64,000 nt of DNA from Octopus sinensis (Eukaryota): assembly GCF_006345805.1 (NCBI RefSeq), contig NC_043000.1, positions 32,302,001-32,366,000 on the forward strand, read 5' to 3'. The notes beneath the pieces were generated by a model. The model did not search any database and was not told the origin of the DNA. It saw only the letters and a program-made list of their open reading frames with translations. The position numbers and the translations under genes were made by a program. Below, piece after piece: positions 1-12,557 of this stretch (the stretch's first letter is position 1; each line of letters opens with the position of its first letter).

Positions 1-809
1 AGGTTTTGGCCCTACCATAGCCTACTAGGGTCTGATATATAACCCAGTACAAATCATATACAATGTCTTCTTTGATTTATCAGCCCTCAAAGTTCTATCA
101 ACTGGAAACTCATCAGTATTTAATCCATTGCCAGCTCCGGTCAAACTGTCCATTTTCCATACTAGCCTGGACTGGACAGTTTGACCAGAGCTGGCAATGT
201 TGGCAGCTGTACCAGGCTCCATTGCCTGTTATGTCATCGTTACTACAGCTGGATGCTTTCCCTAATGCCAACCACTTTATAGTGTACAAAGGGTGCTTTT
301 TATGCAGCACCAGTAGGGTCGTCAAAGTAAAAACCAGCTGAATTTTTTTTTTTCTTTTTTGTTTAAACTGTTTATATTACAAGACAAGCAATTCACTTCA
401 TTATTTATTAAATTTGGAGTATAGGAAGAAAAACAGAGAAAATTAGTAGCCAAATTTTTTTATATTTAAATAAAATTTTAACATTTAGAAATTGTACATA
501 AATTTCTCTTGACTTTTATTTGTTTACATAATGCAAGTTGATGAATTGTTTCTCCTCCAGTTTTATGTCCTGATGCAACTCGGCAGTGAACAGGAAGTGG
601 TTCACATTGCCAGAGAGAGAGAGAGAGAAGCAAAACTAAAGAGAAGGGACATAACTCAATGGTTGTAAACAATTTTAAATCTTCATCACATTACGTAGGA
701 ATGGCCACACACTTAACAAAAGATTAGATTATTTCTGTCCTGTCCTGATGCCATTTTCCCTTCTGCTTCTGTCCTCTCTTTTACCCATCATCTCTCTTCT
801 TCTCCTTCA

Positions 810-3665
810 TCTAGTGTTTTAAATCCAGATTTTGTCCCCATTAACGGGGATGGCTGGATCTACCACACTACCATAGCATTTGGGTGTCTTCCCTTCTCAA
901 GCTAATCCTCCCAATCTCCCCTTCCACCTGTCCCCTTGGTCTACCTCGCTTTCGCACTCCATTTACCTCAAATGCAATCACCCTCCTCAGGACATGCTCT
1001 TCATCCCTTCTCAAAACATGCCCATACCACCACACTCCATTCACCCTTGCCAGCCATTCCACCAATTATTCCAACCCCAGCATCCCCATCAAATCTTCAG
1101 TCCTCCTCTTATCAAACAGCTTCACCCCACACATTTCTCTCATCTACCATGAATCCATTTCTCACATCTCGTACGCAACACTGCATTGCTCTCTCAGTCC
1201 TTCTCAAAATTACCATCTCTCTCTCTCTCTCCCTCAGACACCCTGTCTCACTCCCTCCCAAACAGCATTGAAGCTCTCACACAACTCCTATCGACCCTTC
1301 TTTTCATCTTCAATGAGAACCTTTTCCCATATAACAATGCTCCACATTTCCTGAACTTCACCCAGCCAAGTCTCACTCTTGCTGTCACAGCTGCTTCACA
1401 TCCACCACTTACATCCACCCCGCTCACCATCACTGTCTTCCCGAGGTTTATCTTCAAACCCTTGCTTTCAAATGCCTCCTTCTATTTCAAAAACTTCTCC
1501 CTCAATCCCTCCGTCTCATTCGTCAGAACAAGGCCATCCACATGCAGTATCTCCATTATCAATCCCTCTCTTGCACTCACCGTTACCGCATCAACCACTA
1601 TTGCAAACACCGGTGACAACACAGATCCCTGATGCACACCAACTTTCACCACAAACTCCTCCGCGAGCTCTGATCCAATCCTCACTCTTGTCTTTACCCC
1701 CTCATACAAACTCATCATTGCCCTCACTATTATCTCCAATACACCTCTCTTCCTCAATGCCCACCCAATCACCTTCCTTGGAACCCTATCAAATGCCTTC
1801 TCCAGATCAACTCCTTATCTCAGTACTCCTCTTGCAATCTCCTTACAATGGACACTGCATCTATTGTCCCCCTTCCTGGCATAAGACCAAATTGTATCAC
1901 GTCCACATCCACCTCTTTCCAAATTCTCCTCTCCAACTCCCTTTCCACTATCTTCATTGCATGCTCCAATAACTTCACTCCCCTATACACCCCACAACTC
2001 ATCGCATCCCCCTTTCCTAGGAGATCGGTACCACCACACTTAGTGCCCAATCATCTAGCAGTCCTCTTCCATCCTGCACATCTTGGCAGATCTCCATCAT
2101 CACAACAATCCCTATCTCTCCACTTGCAGTTATCATTTCCATACTTACTTCTGCTGGACCAGCTGCCTTTCCTATTTTCCTTTCCTTCATTGCCTCTACT
2201 ACTTCTTCCCAACTAACCCTCTCCACTGGCCCCGTCACCACAGCAACTTCTACCCTCTGATCCCATTCATTCTCCTCATTCATAATTCCCTCCATATGCT
2301 CACTAAAATTCAACCTTCCATCACTCCCCCTCATGCATCTTCCTCCCTCAACATCTCTTCCATAATTTTTCATTGATTTAACAAACCTAAACACTCTATC
2401 TGGGTTCTCATCCAGCCCACTCAACTTCTCCTCAGCCTCCTTCCACATAGATCTCGCAACCACTCTCTTTGCACGATTATTCATGTTATTATACCTGGCT
2501 TTCATTTGCTCAGTCCTATTATTACATAAAGCTTTGTGTGCCTCCTCCTTCCTTGCTATCGCATCCCTCACCTCCTCATTCCACCATCATGTAGCTCCTC
2601 AATCTCTCTTACCTTTCATCCTTCCACACACTTTGTCACATGCCTTTAGTACCCCTTCTTTCAAAGGCTTCCACAAATCCAGTGCATCAGTGCTTACCAA
2701 CTCCCCAACTCTTTCCTCAAGCCTTGCTCTTGTTTATTCTTCCTTCAGTTTCTACACCTTTCTCCTTTCAACCGTTCCCTTTCTCACACACTTTTTAAAT
2801 TCCCTCTTATCCAAGTCAGCAACCACCAACCTGTGCTGCAACTCCCACTGGTATTGTCTTCACATTTCTCAGATACTTTCTGTTTTTACTGCCAACCAAC
2901 ACAAAATCAATCTCTGTCTCATTCCCTCCTGCACTGAAAGTCACCTTCCTTTTCTCTGTTTTCTTAAACCACATGTTCACCACATACAACTCTTTCTCAT
3001 CACAAAACTCCAACAGCATCCTTCCTTCCAAATTTCTCTCCCCAATTCCATTTCCCCCATGCACACCCTCAAAGCCCTGGATCCATTTCCCAACATATCC
3101 ATTAAAATCACCCATGCCCCAAATCAATTCATCTACCTTTTGTAAGTCCCACTTATTTGCCATTTCATCAAAGAACTGCTCTTTCTCAGCGATCCCTCTT
3201 CCACTTTGCAGACCACACCCACAAATCACCCTCACCACATCTTCCTCAACTACTAACACTACTGTCATCACCCTGTCACTCTTTCTCCTAACTGCCACCA
3301 CCTTCTCACAGATGTCTTTCTTCACCAAAACTCCCACACCTCCAGTCCCCTTGCCATTTCCTGACCACCACAACTTGTACCTTCTTCCTTTGACCCTTAT
3401 ATATCTTGCACCTTGGCCCCTCCACCTAGCCTCCAGCACGCAGCTCACATCCACCCTCCTCTTCCTCGATTCCTCACACACCTCAGTTCCCCTTCCACAC
3501 AGACTGCCCACATTCCAACTTCCCAACCTCACCCCAAGCTTCTCCTCAGGCTGTCAGCCATCATAAGGCAAGACATACTTGTGCAACCCAGGATGAAGGT
3601 TTGCACCTTCCTTTTTGAGGTAGGCAGGTGCAGCCCACCCCAACCTTTGAGCTGGCTGGTGCCCA
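810..3665 (-). mobile_element. Degenerate near-full-length RTE-clade LINE (APE endonuclease + RT)
   Basis: Frameshifted ORF fragments: MRLGSWNVGSL...GDFNG...IDFVL (APE); KAAGP, QFGLMPGRGTIDA, GVHQGSVLSP (RT); WYGHVLRR...RGRP at the C-terminus. Confidence 0.92.
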
Positions 3666-3751
3666 TTCTCCTTTGCTATCATGAGGCTTTTTTTGGAGCT
3701 GGATTTTCTACTCTGCTACCATAATGTCTAGAATAGAGAGAATCTACTTAC

Positions 3752-3796
3752 TGGGGTGTTGTCCAGGAAAACCAATATCAGATTGTTCACATTGTC
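3752..3796 (-). CDS. SNX14: SNX14 exon 11 (DNVNNLILVFLDNTP; end of PXA); gene continues beyond position 1
   Basis: tttttcag acceptor and GTAAGT donor. Resembles human DTVNHLLIIFIDDSP. Confidence 0.92.
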
Positions 3797-5278
3797 CTGA
3801 AAAATAAAATCAATAATAACAATAACATTACACTGCAATGTTAAGATATATAAATATTTCACTGGTTATTGCTAATCACCATCAGCACTTCATAATTTTT
3901 TCCTAGAGCGGCTAACTGGCTTCCGTGCCGGTGGCACGTAAAAGACACCATTCGAGTGTGATCGTTACCAGCATCACCTTACTGGCACCCGTGCCGGTGG
4001 CATGTGTAAAAGATTCGAGCAAGGTCGTTGTCAGTGCCGCCTGACTGGCCCCCGTGCTGGTGGTACGTAAAAGCACCCACTACACTCTCGGAGTGGTTTG
4101 CATTAGGAAGGACATCCAGCTGTAGAGACACTGCCAGATCAAGATTGAGGCCTGGTGCAGCCATCTGGTTTGCTAGCCCTCAGTCAATCATCCAACCCAT
4201 GCTAGCATGGAAAACGGACGTTAAACGATGATGGTTAAACGATGATGTAACAAACCATACCCAACACAGCATGCTGCATGTCTACTGTGGGGTTTCTCCC
4301 CCACAGCAAGACGCCTGTTCTTGTCCCTTTATCATACTGTAAACCTCTCAGCATGGGGGCATTAAGCCACCTCCCTCAATATTACCCGACATGTAGCAGA
4401 AACTTCTTGTCCTGCAAGTTACTTGGTGACCGCACTGGTAGAGATGCCACGTAAAATGTATCCAACACACTCTGTAGAATGGTTGGAATTAGGAAGGCCA
4501 TCCAGCCTGAGAAATGATGCCAAAGCAGACGCTGAAATTTGGCACATTCCTCTGATTCACCAGCTCCTGTCAAACTGGAAAACAGGCACCAAATGATGAT
4601 GGTGAGTGGCAGAAGAGTGTCTAAGAGAATTTCAGATTAGTAGGGAAAGACAGGGATAAAACACAACTTGTGGCTTACCCTCAGGTTAGAGACCTGATCT
4701 AAATGGCTCTAAAAGACTGGACTCAGCTGAAGATGATTCATGGTGGTAGACCAACCTGAAAATCTGCCGATTAATATCAACAGGAATGATATGAGTAATA
4801 AAGGACCCAGGGATCAGCTTCGAATGCTTACAACTGAGGAATCTCAACTAAATGCGCATAAAGGACCAGGTGGTGGTGTGTTAGGTCAACCATCCAAGGA
4901 CCAGGTGATGGTGTTGGATGTGGTGGTGTTCAACTGGGCATTGTATTAGGTCAACCACTCAAATGATAAATGCTACACATGAAAACAAACAAATTTTAAT
5001 TATGAAGCAGACACAAACACAGGCACGAGGAAAGGTCACCGATCCAATTGCTATACCTTCTTTTTAAACCAGTTGAGGAATATTCTCAGAAAAACCAATA
5101 TGGTAGTCATGGTGACAAGAAGAGAATGACATTTTTTTACTTTGAGTTGAAAATTAAATTTTTCACGTGGAATTATTTTAGAGGTGTTGCTATATCAGAA
5201 AGGTTTCCAATTAGTAGAAACCAGACAAATTGGAATTATTTACATTTGCGGATATTTGTCCTCATCTTGTTTCTTGTT

Positions 5279-5324
5279 AACACAACGTTTTGGCTGATAT
5301 ATCCTCCAGCCTTCATCAGGTGTC
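5279..5324 (-). ncRNA. Minimal type I hammerhead ribozyme motif, G12A variant
   Basis: GACAC-CUGAUGA-A-GGCUG(loop)CAGCC-AAAA-C-GUU-GUGUU. Stems I and II pair. A more decayed copy is at 6713-6758 (+). Confidence 0.65.
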
Positions 5325-5530
5325 TTGGAGAAATTTCGAACCTGGGTTCTCATTCCTAAGATATTTTTCAATATTATCATTATTATTATTATTCAGGTGA
5401 CTGCCTGGAATCAAACTCAGAATCTTGGGGCTAGTAGCCTATGCGCTTAACCACTACGCCATATGCCCATGCAGTGACCTGAACAACAACAACAACAAGA
5501 GCAGCAACAGCAACAACAATAATAATAATA

Positions 5531-6648
5531 ATGCCCTGATGCATTACCAGACAGTGGCTCTCATGGCTTCTGATCTTAACTGATTGGAAGATCAGTTAAG
5601 ATGGGCTACAGCAAATATTCTGCTCAATACCACAGATTTGCTTGTCAGTTGTTTGACTTTAACCAGTTGAGTATGTCCCTTAGTGACTGACGATATGTGC
5701 ATCTCTAATCACGAGCAGAAGTAGTGAGGGAGCATTATAGCCATGTGTTGAAAGGAACTCTTAGAGGTTTGAATAATTCACCTTTGGAAACATGGGTGGT
5801 TCGTTCAACATCCTTAAACAATCCTTATTCAGGGACCTTTTGAGCGGGATGGGCTACTCGACCAGAAGAAAATTCTAACTGGGCCCTACCTGCAAGGTCA
5901 TGCACTGTTTATCTTGATATATCACCATGCCGCACACATATGGTTGTGATGCATGTACCTGGTGTACCCTTATCAGATGGGTAATCATGATGGGTATACT
6001 GGGCTTCGTATATTTAACCCCAGTGTCACTTTGATGGCATGCACTGCTCTCTCACTCAATGATGATGATAATAATAATAATAATAATAAATGCCCTGATG
6101 CAGTACCAGGCAGTGGCTCTCATGGCTTCTGATCTTAACTGATTGGAAGTGTTATCATGTACATTGTTTTGTTTTGGTATAAAAGATGGGCTACAGCAAA
6201 TATTCTGCTCAATATCACAGATTTGCTTGTCAGTTGTTTGACCTTAACCAGTTGAGCATGTCCCTTAGTGGCTGACGATATGTGCATCTCTGATCACGAG
6301 CAGAAGTAGTGGGGGGAGCATCATGGCCATGTGTTGAGAGGGATTCTTTGGGGTTTGAATAGTTCACCTCTGGAAACATGGGTGGTTCTTTCAACATCCT
6401 TAAACAACCCTTATTCAGGGACCATTTGAGCGGGATGTGTTACTCAACCTGAAGAAAATTCTAACTGGGCCCCACCTGCAAGGTCATGTGCTGTTTATCT
6501 TGATATGAGATCACCATGTCGTGCACATATGGTTGTGATGCATGTGCCTAGTGTACCTTTATCAGACGGGTAGTCATGATGGGTATATTGGGCTTCGTAT
6601 ATTTTACCCCAGTGTCACTTTGATGGCATGAACTGCTCTCTCACTCAA
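5531..6648 (+). repeat. Two tandem ~530-560 bp units (5531-6058 and 6090-6648), each bounded by (AAT)n
   Basis: Both start ATGCCCTGATGCA(G/T)TACCAG and end CTGCTCTCTCACTCAAT. Confidence 0.9.
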
Positions 6649-6885
6649 TAATAATAATAATAATATCGAAAAATACCTTAGGAATGAGAACCCAGGTTCC
6701 AAATTTCCCCAAGACACTTGATGAAGGCAGGCATGTATATCAGCCAAAACATTGTGTTAAAAACAAACAAGATGAGGACAAATATCTGTCAAATGTAAAT
6801 AATGTAAATAATTCCTCATCTCTTAAAAATTGAACTGTAATGGAATTATTTGTAGGAAAAAAATCTATTTAAATCCGAGACTTAC

Positions 6886-6961
6886 CGGATCAGCAAGAAC
6901 GTCCATACCAACTTGGAGTAAAGAACCAGAAATAACTTCCCGCACCAAATTACACGTGCTT
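6886..6961 (-). CDS. SNX14: SNX14 exon 10 (STCNLVREVISGSLLQVGMDVLADP)
   Basis: ttcacag acceptor, GTAAGT donor, L-x-RE-x-x-SGS...LADP motif. Confidence 0.94.
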
Positions 6962-7400
6962 CTGTGAATGGGAAACGGAGCCTGATTAAACAATTGGATG
7001 TTTCTATTACAGGATTAGACTGGACAGAGGAAGAGGAGATGGGGAAGAACAGACAGACAGACAACAGGAAATAAGACATTATAGTATGTATATATATAAA
7101 TGTGTACGTGTATATATATACACACACATCATATACTTAGTTTACTGTTCTATTAAGTTAGGTTCAGCAAAAAGCGTACACCATCCAGTGAAAAATATCA
7201 TTTAATGTAATACTCTACAGGTGTGAGCTACAAATAGGTTCTTGCATCGGAGACATGGGTCCAGGCAGGTCTTTATAGCATTCCTTCTGTCTCCAAGCAA
7301 TCTTCAGGCTCAAGGCACATTATAGGAGTCTCCTTAACCACATGCCTCAATGGCAGGAAACTATTAGGAACTCTTATTTTAATACAGTGTACATTAAATG

Positions 7401-7437
<37 letters not shown>

Positions 7438-7438
<1 letters not shown>

Positions 7439-7796
7439 TAGCACTATGACCCAGCAACGCCGGGTCATAGTGCTAGCGCATGCATATACAGCTGCGTGCG
7501 TGCACACATACACGCGAGTACTGTCGAAATCTCTGACCAATCACATACAGCTAGCTGCCATTCAATTGGCGTATCAAGTTTTGGGCATTTTCATTGGGTT
7601 TTGGATAGAAAATTCACAAAAAAGTCACATCTATTGATTTTTTAATGGCTTTGCGGGGTGATTGGGGAAATGTAAAGATGTGCATGACCAGTATTGGACG
7701 GTTTTGAATGACCATAGAAAGTGCGAGCCCTCTAACTGAAAAATTGTGGATTTGTATAAAGGATACACAGACATTTTGTCGTTTATATATTATAGA
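7438..7796 (-). mobile_element. Non-autonomous Helitron
   Basis: 5' TC/TATA-rich start and 3' hairpin ending in CTAG. Reverse complement of 18364-18724. Confidence 0.8.
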
Positions 7797-7986
7797 GATA
7801 CACATATATATGCTGCTTTGACTGGCTTCTGTGCCGGTGACACGTAAAAAGCACCCACTACACTCTCGGATCAGATCAGATTGGGGCCTGGTGCAGCCTC
7901 CTGGCTTCCCAGACCCCAGTCAAACCATCCAACCGATGCCATATGGAAAACAGATGTTAAACGCTGATGATGATGATGATATATAT

Positions 7987-8875
7987 ATCATCATCATCAT
8001 CATCATCGTTTAGCGTTCGTTTTCCATGCTAGCATGGGTTGGACGGTTCTACTGGGGTCTGTGAAGCCAGAAGGCTTCATCAGGCCCAGTCAAATCTGGC
8101 AGTGTTTCTATGGCTGGATGCCCTTCCTAACGCCAACCACTCCATGAGTGTAGTGGGTGCTTTTTACATGCCACCCGCACAGGTGCCAGACAGAGCTGGC
8201 AAACAGCCACGAACGGATGGTGCTTTTTATGTGCCATCGGCACGAGGCCAGTCGGGGCGGTGCTGGCAACGGTCGCGAAACGGAAGGTTCTCTTACATGC
8301 CACCGGCACTGGTAACACATCTGCAATTTCCATTGATCGATTTCGATTCTGATCCTCACTTGCCTCAACGGATCTTCACAAGTAGAGTTTCGACATGCCA
8401 CCGGCACTGGTAACACATCTGCAATTTCCATTGATCGATTTTGATTCTGATCTTCACTTGCCTCAACAGGTCTTCACAAGTAGAGTTTTGTGTCCCAAGA
8501 AGGGAAGGTATGCATACGTAGGCTGGCTCCATCCCATGTAGAAGGCCACGAGTTATGAACTCACTTGTCCTGCCGGGTCTTCTCGCGCACAGCACACTTC
8601 CAGAGGTCTCGGTCTCTAGTCATTTCCTCAGTGAGACCTAAAGTTCGAAGGTCGTGCTTCACCACTCGTCCCAGGTTTTCCTGGGTCTGCCTCTTCCGCA
8701 GGTTCCCTCAACAGCTAGGGTGTGGCACTTTTTCACACAACTATCTTCATCCATTCTCGCCACATGACCATACCAGTGCAAATGTCTCTCTTGCACACCA
8801 CAACTGATGCTTCTTAGGTCCAGCTTTTCTCTCAAGGTACTTACACTCTGCTGAGTATGAGTACTGACATTACAT
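7987..8875 (-). mobile_element. 3' end of RTE LINE (C-terminal coding tail, 3' UTR, (GAT)n), tail-to-tail with a plus-strand tail copy at 7820-7980
   Basis: Reverse-complement match to 49170-50300. Confidence 0.88.
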
Positions 8876-9180
8876 ATATAATAATTATTTGACGGAATTC
8901 CTAACTTACAGGGAAAAATTCAATTTAGAAATACTAAATCAAATTTCACAAAACATAATAGATATATATATATATAAATTAGAAAAAAACACCTTTTATC
9001 AATTCAAAATGAACAATTAAATTGCACCATCTAGAAAATTACATATAAAAGAAATATTAAAATTAAAATAACAATAATATTCCGATGATTAAGTAAATTA
9101 CAAACTAATAATAAAAACATATATATTTGGTGTGTATATATATATATATGTAAGGACATAATAGAAAGCTGTAAACTTAC

Positions 9181-9337
9181 GGTGAATGTAAAGCATATGG
9201 TTGAATAATAAACGGAAACAAACTCTCAGTGAGACGGCGCAGATATTCCAGTTCCATTTTCCGACTTTGCATGGCAACATGTAGTGATGGCCCAAGATAG
9301 TTCAAAGTAGCATGCTGTAAGTCAGTTCCAATGGGAA
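9181..9337 (-). CDS. SNX14: SNX14 exon 9 ([52 protein letters not shown]; PXA)
   Basis: tttttag acceptor and GTAAGT donor. LHVA...E-x-x-YLR-x-LTE-x-LFP PXA signature. Confidence 0.95.
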
Positions 9338-10775
9338 CTAAAAATATACAAAAAAAACAAGTACAATAAAGAGGATTTCCTTTTGATTTCTAATTTAGAA
9401 ATTTTGGAGAGTTTGGCTGTCAATTATATAAACACTAGGATTTCTTTGCCAATTCATTTTATTTACCCAGGTGGGATGAAGAGAAACGCCAGTTTTAACT
9501 CAGATCTTAGAAATTATAGTATCATAATTAAATACTGCAAAGTCTAATTTATTTTGCATCTACATTCATCTGTCTGACTGTTTTTTTGTTTTTTTCTATG
9601 TGTGGGTGGTTTGGTTCTGAAAATTTAGATATTTTCGCAAGATATATTGCCACTAATGTGTGTACGGTAGGGCATTAAGCATTGATGTGTAGAAATATAA
9701 ACTTGTTACCAATTCAAATATGCTTGAGGCAAATTCAAAGCCAAAAGAATGTCATTCGCCGTATTTTGTCTTGGAGAAACCTTTTTGTCTCCACCAAGAA
9801 ATAGCAAAATACAATGAGTGTGTTTCTTTTGAGTACAAATAGGTCTGAAGCATATTTGAATTGTTAACAAATTTGTAAAAATTACTCCAATATTGCCATC
9901 ACAAACTTCAAAGGAAGTGATGGCTTACAACTATTTCTATAACCTTTGAAATTTTGTTGTTGAGTGGCTCCAGGTGATACGTAAACATATAAGCACAGGT
10001 ATGGCTGCATGGTTAAGAAGCTTGCTTCTCAACTGTGTGGTCTTGGGTTCAATCCTATCACCAGGCACCTTGGCCAACAATCTACTGTGGTATTGGGTCA
10101 GCCAAAGCCTTGTCGGTGAATATTGTAGATGAAAACTGAAAGAAGTCTGTCGTGTATGTATGTGTGTGCACATGCCCATGTTTATCTAGAGCAGTGTACA
10201 ATGGAATGTCAAGTTGCATTATTTTATGCCGAGACATGATTTATTTTATCTTTGCTTATTGAATGGCAAAGTAGCAGAATGGATTACATGAATGCTGGGG
10301 TCTATTTAATAGACCAATAATGACTTTAGACGTATTACCCCAGCAGGGTTGCAGGGTCAAATGAACAACAAAGAGAATAATATCGTACAAGATTCTGGCA
10401 GTGTGTAAGCATACATATAAATATTTATCTCAGTATGAGTTAGAGGCTAATCAACCATCTAAGGGATATTTAATATAAAATATACCACTGGATGTGTACC
10501 TATATAGCATTATAAAAGGAGTTGGCAGAAATAACTTAGATTAAACTTAAATTAAAGTCATTCTAAAGATCATCAAAATCTCAAAGCTACAAGATAATCC
10601 ATGATTAACTAAAAACAATGGAATTAAATAAGTCTCACATTTGACAGAATAATCTGAATGCTAAAGGGTTTAACTGCTACCCAGGATAATAGTAATAATA
10701 CCCAGGGATTAGTAGTATAAATACTGGACAGAGAGATTGGCTTTAGAAGTTTTAAGGTAGAAAGATGACATTTAC

Positions 10776-10860
10776 CTCTTTTCTTTGTCTGTAAATAAGA
10801 ATCAAGATGTGCAAGACCTGCCTTGCTTAATTTACTGGTTATCAGGTCTGGAATATCAAT
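10776..10860 (-). CDS. SNX14: SNX14 exon 8 (IDIPDLITSKLSKAGLAHLDSYLQTKKR; PXA)
   Basis: tttcag acceptor, GTAAAT donor, DIP-x-x-IT-x-KL motif. Confidence 0.93.
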
Positions 10861-12186
10861 CTGAAATACAGAAAGAATAACATACGGTTTACATAGAATC
10901 AAGAAATAAAAATAATATAGAATTTGGAACTGATTAACAGAAGAGTTAGCTTTTAATTAGCAATATCTGTCTTGAAATTGGAACAAATTAGTGAAGATGC
11001 TATTCTGTTGCTTCTCACTCTTGCCATGTACTAAACCTGCCCCCCCCCCACCCTCGCTTCTTATACACATTTGCAATCAACCCAAACATTTGTCATCTCT
11101 CATGACATTGTTGGAAGGTTTTAATGTAGATCTCTTTAAAACAAAAGTTTGTATCAGAAAATTAGAGACAATTTCAGGCAGGTTCATATCAGAAGAGTTA
11201 AAGCCTTAAAAATGTCACAACACAAATCTAAGAGGTTACATTTGTAAACACTAAAACACAAATGGTGAGGAGGATTAGGTCAGCCCTACCACTACTGATG
11301 TCCACACTATTGTGTTAGATTAACATCATCAGAGGAGTTAATACTTTTACATCTTATAATAGCACAAAAAAATTGCAAGCTATATTGTAGCTACATGTTC
11401 TAGAAACAATAGTCAAATATCTCTTTAGTGAGCAGAAACTTGGTACAGAGTGAGTGAGAGCAGGAGAAATCCTCAGAGAAAGAACTCTTTGTTAGTTCTT
11501 GACTTTCTTAGGGATCCAGGCCCACCTAAGAAGTGACTCCTGGGTGTCCTTCTGCTATTATATGTCATCTTTAGTGAGGATGGAACTTGGAATCTTTGGG
11601 TGACAAACTGGGTTTTCTTCCTTCTATAGCCACACAGATCACCTATGACACTATCATCATCATCGTTTAACATCTGCTTTCCATGCTAGCATGGGTTGGA
11701 TGGTTCGACTGGGGTCTGGGAAGCCAGGAGGCTGCACCAGGCCCAGTCTGATCTGGCAGTGTTTCTACAGCTGAATGCCCTTCCTAACGCCAACCACTCC
11801 ATGAGTGTAGTGGGTGCTTTTTACGTGCCACCAGCACAGGTGCCAGGTGAGGCTGGCAACGGCCACAATCAGTTGGTGCTTTTTACGTGCCACCGGTACT
11901 ATCTTAATAAAATAAAAAACACAAAAGATAGTGTAGTCCTAGATGCATTGTGAATGAATACAAGAGGGGATTGAGAAAGCTGGAATGATGACAGGTGTTC
12001 GTGATCAGAAGAGACAAACACAAACCAACAAAACAATTATGATCATTCTGCTTCAATATATTTGACCAAACTTACACAACAACAGCACATTAGACAATAG
12101 AGTTTTCAAACATCTTCAATTTCTAAGATTTGGGGATTTTTTTCTGTGAAATATTGTTTTATTTTCACCATGTAAAAAACTTTTAC

Positions 12187-12274
12187 CTTTTGTGCTCGTC
12201 TTAAGAGAACAGCAGCAAAAAACCGTAAACTGTTTCGCAGTTCTTGAACAAATTCTTCATCAATACTTAAATCT
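12187..12274 (-). CDS. SNX14: SNX14 exon 7 (DLSIDEEFVQELRNSLRFFAAVLLRRAQK; PXA)
   Basis: ttacag acceptor and GTAAAA donor. Strong similarity to SNX14 DESFVDELRITLRFFASVL. Confidence 0.95.
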
Positions 12275-12290
12275 CTGTAAAATAAATAAA

Positions 12291-12321
<31 letters not shown>

Positions 12322-12393
12322 CATCATCATCATCATCATCATCATTTAGCGTCCGTTAAATGATGATGATGATGATGATGATGATATATATAT

Positions 12394-12424
<31 letters not shown>

Positions 12425-12557
12425 GTCACAATGGAGAACCCAGCCATTCCATGGAGTACCTAGCCATGCCATGATGGAGTACCTAGCCATGTCACAATAG
12501 AGTACCTAGCCATTCTACAATCGAGTACCTAGCCATGCCATGATGGAGTACCTAGCT
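12425..12557. repeat. Minisatellite, about six units of 19-25 bp
   Basis: Repeated ATGGAGTACCTAGCCAT core. Confidence 0.9.

Larger units (their letters stand above)
5231..6851. mobile_element. Inverted pair of a tRNA-headed, hammerhead-bearing Penelope-like non-autonomous repeat, with nested (AAT)n-flanked tandem units
   Basis: 5234-5395 is the reverse complement of about 6650-6815. tRNA-like head at 5398-5468 (-). TGGAATTATTT occurs at both outer ends. Confidence 0.7.

Noticed and set aside
3540-3670. Possible HDV-like ribozyme at the RTE 5' end
   Set aside because: Known for some RTEs, but I could not build the nested double pseudoknot from this sequence.
884-3724. Several long plus-strand Ser/Pro/Leu-rich ORFs
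   Set aside because: Antisense shadows of the purine-rich RTE coding strand.
12425-12557. Short regularly spaced repeats resembling a CRISPR array
   Set aside because: Spacers are only a few nt and similar to each other, the context is a eukaryotic intron, and there are no cas genes: a minisatellite.
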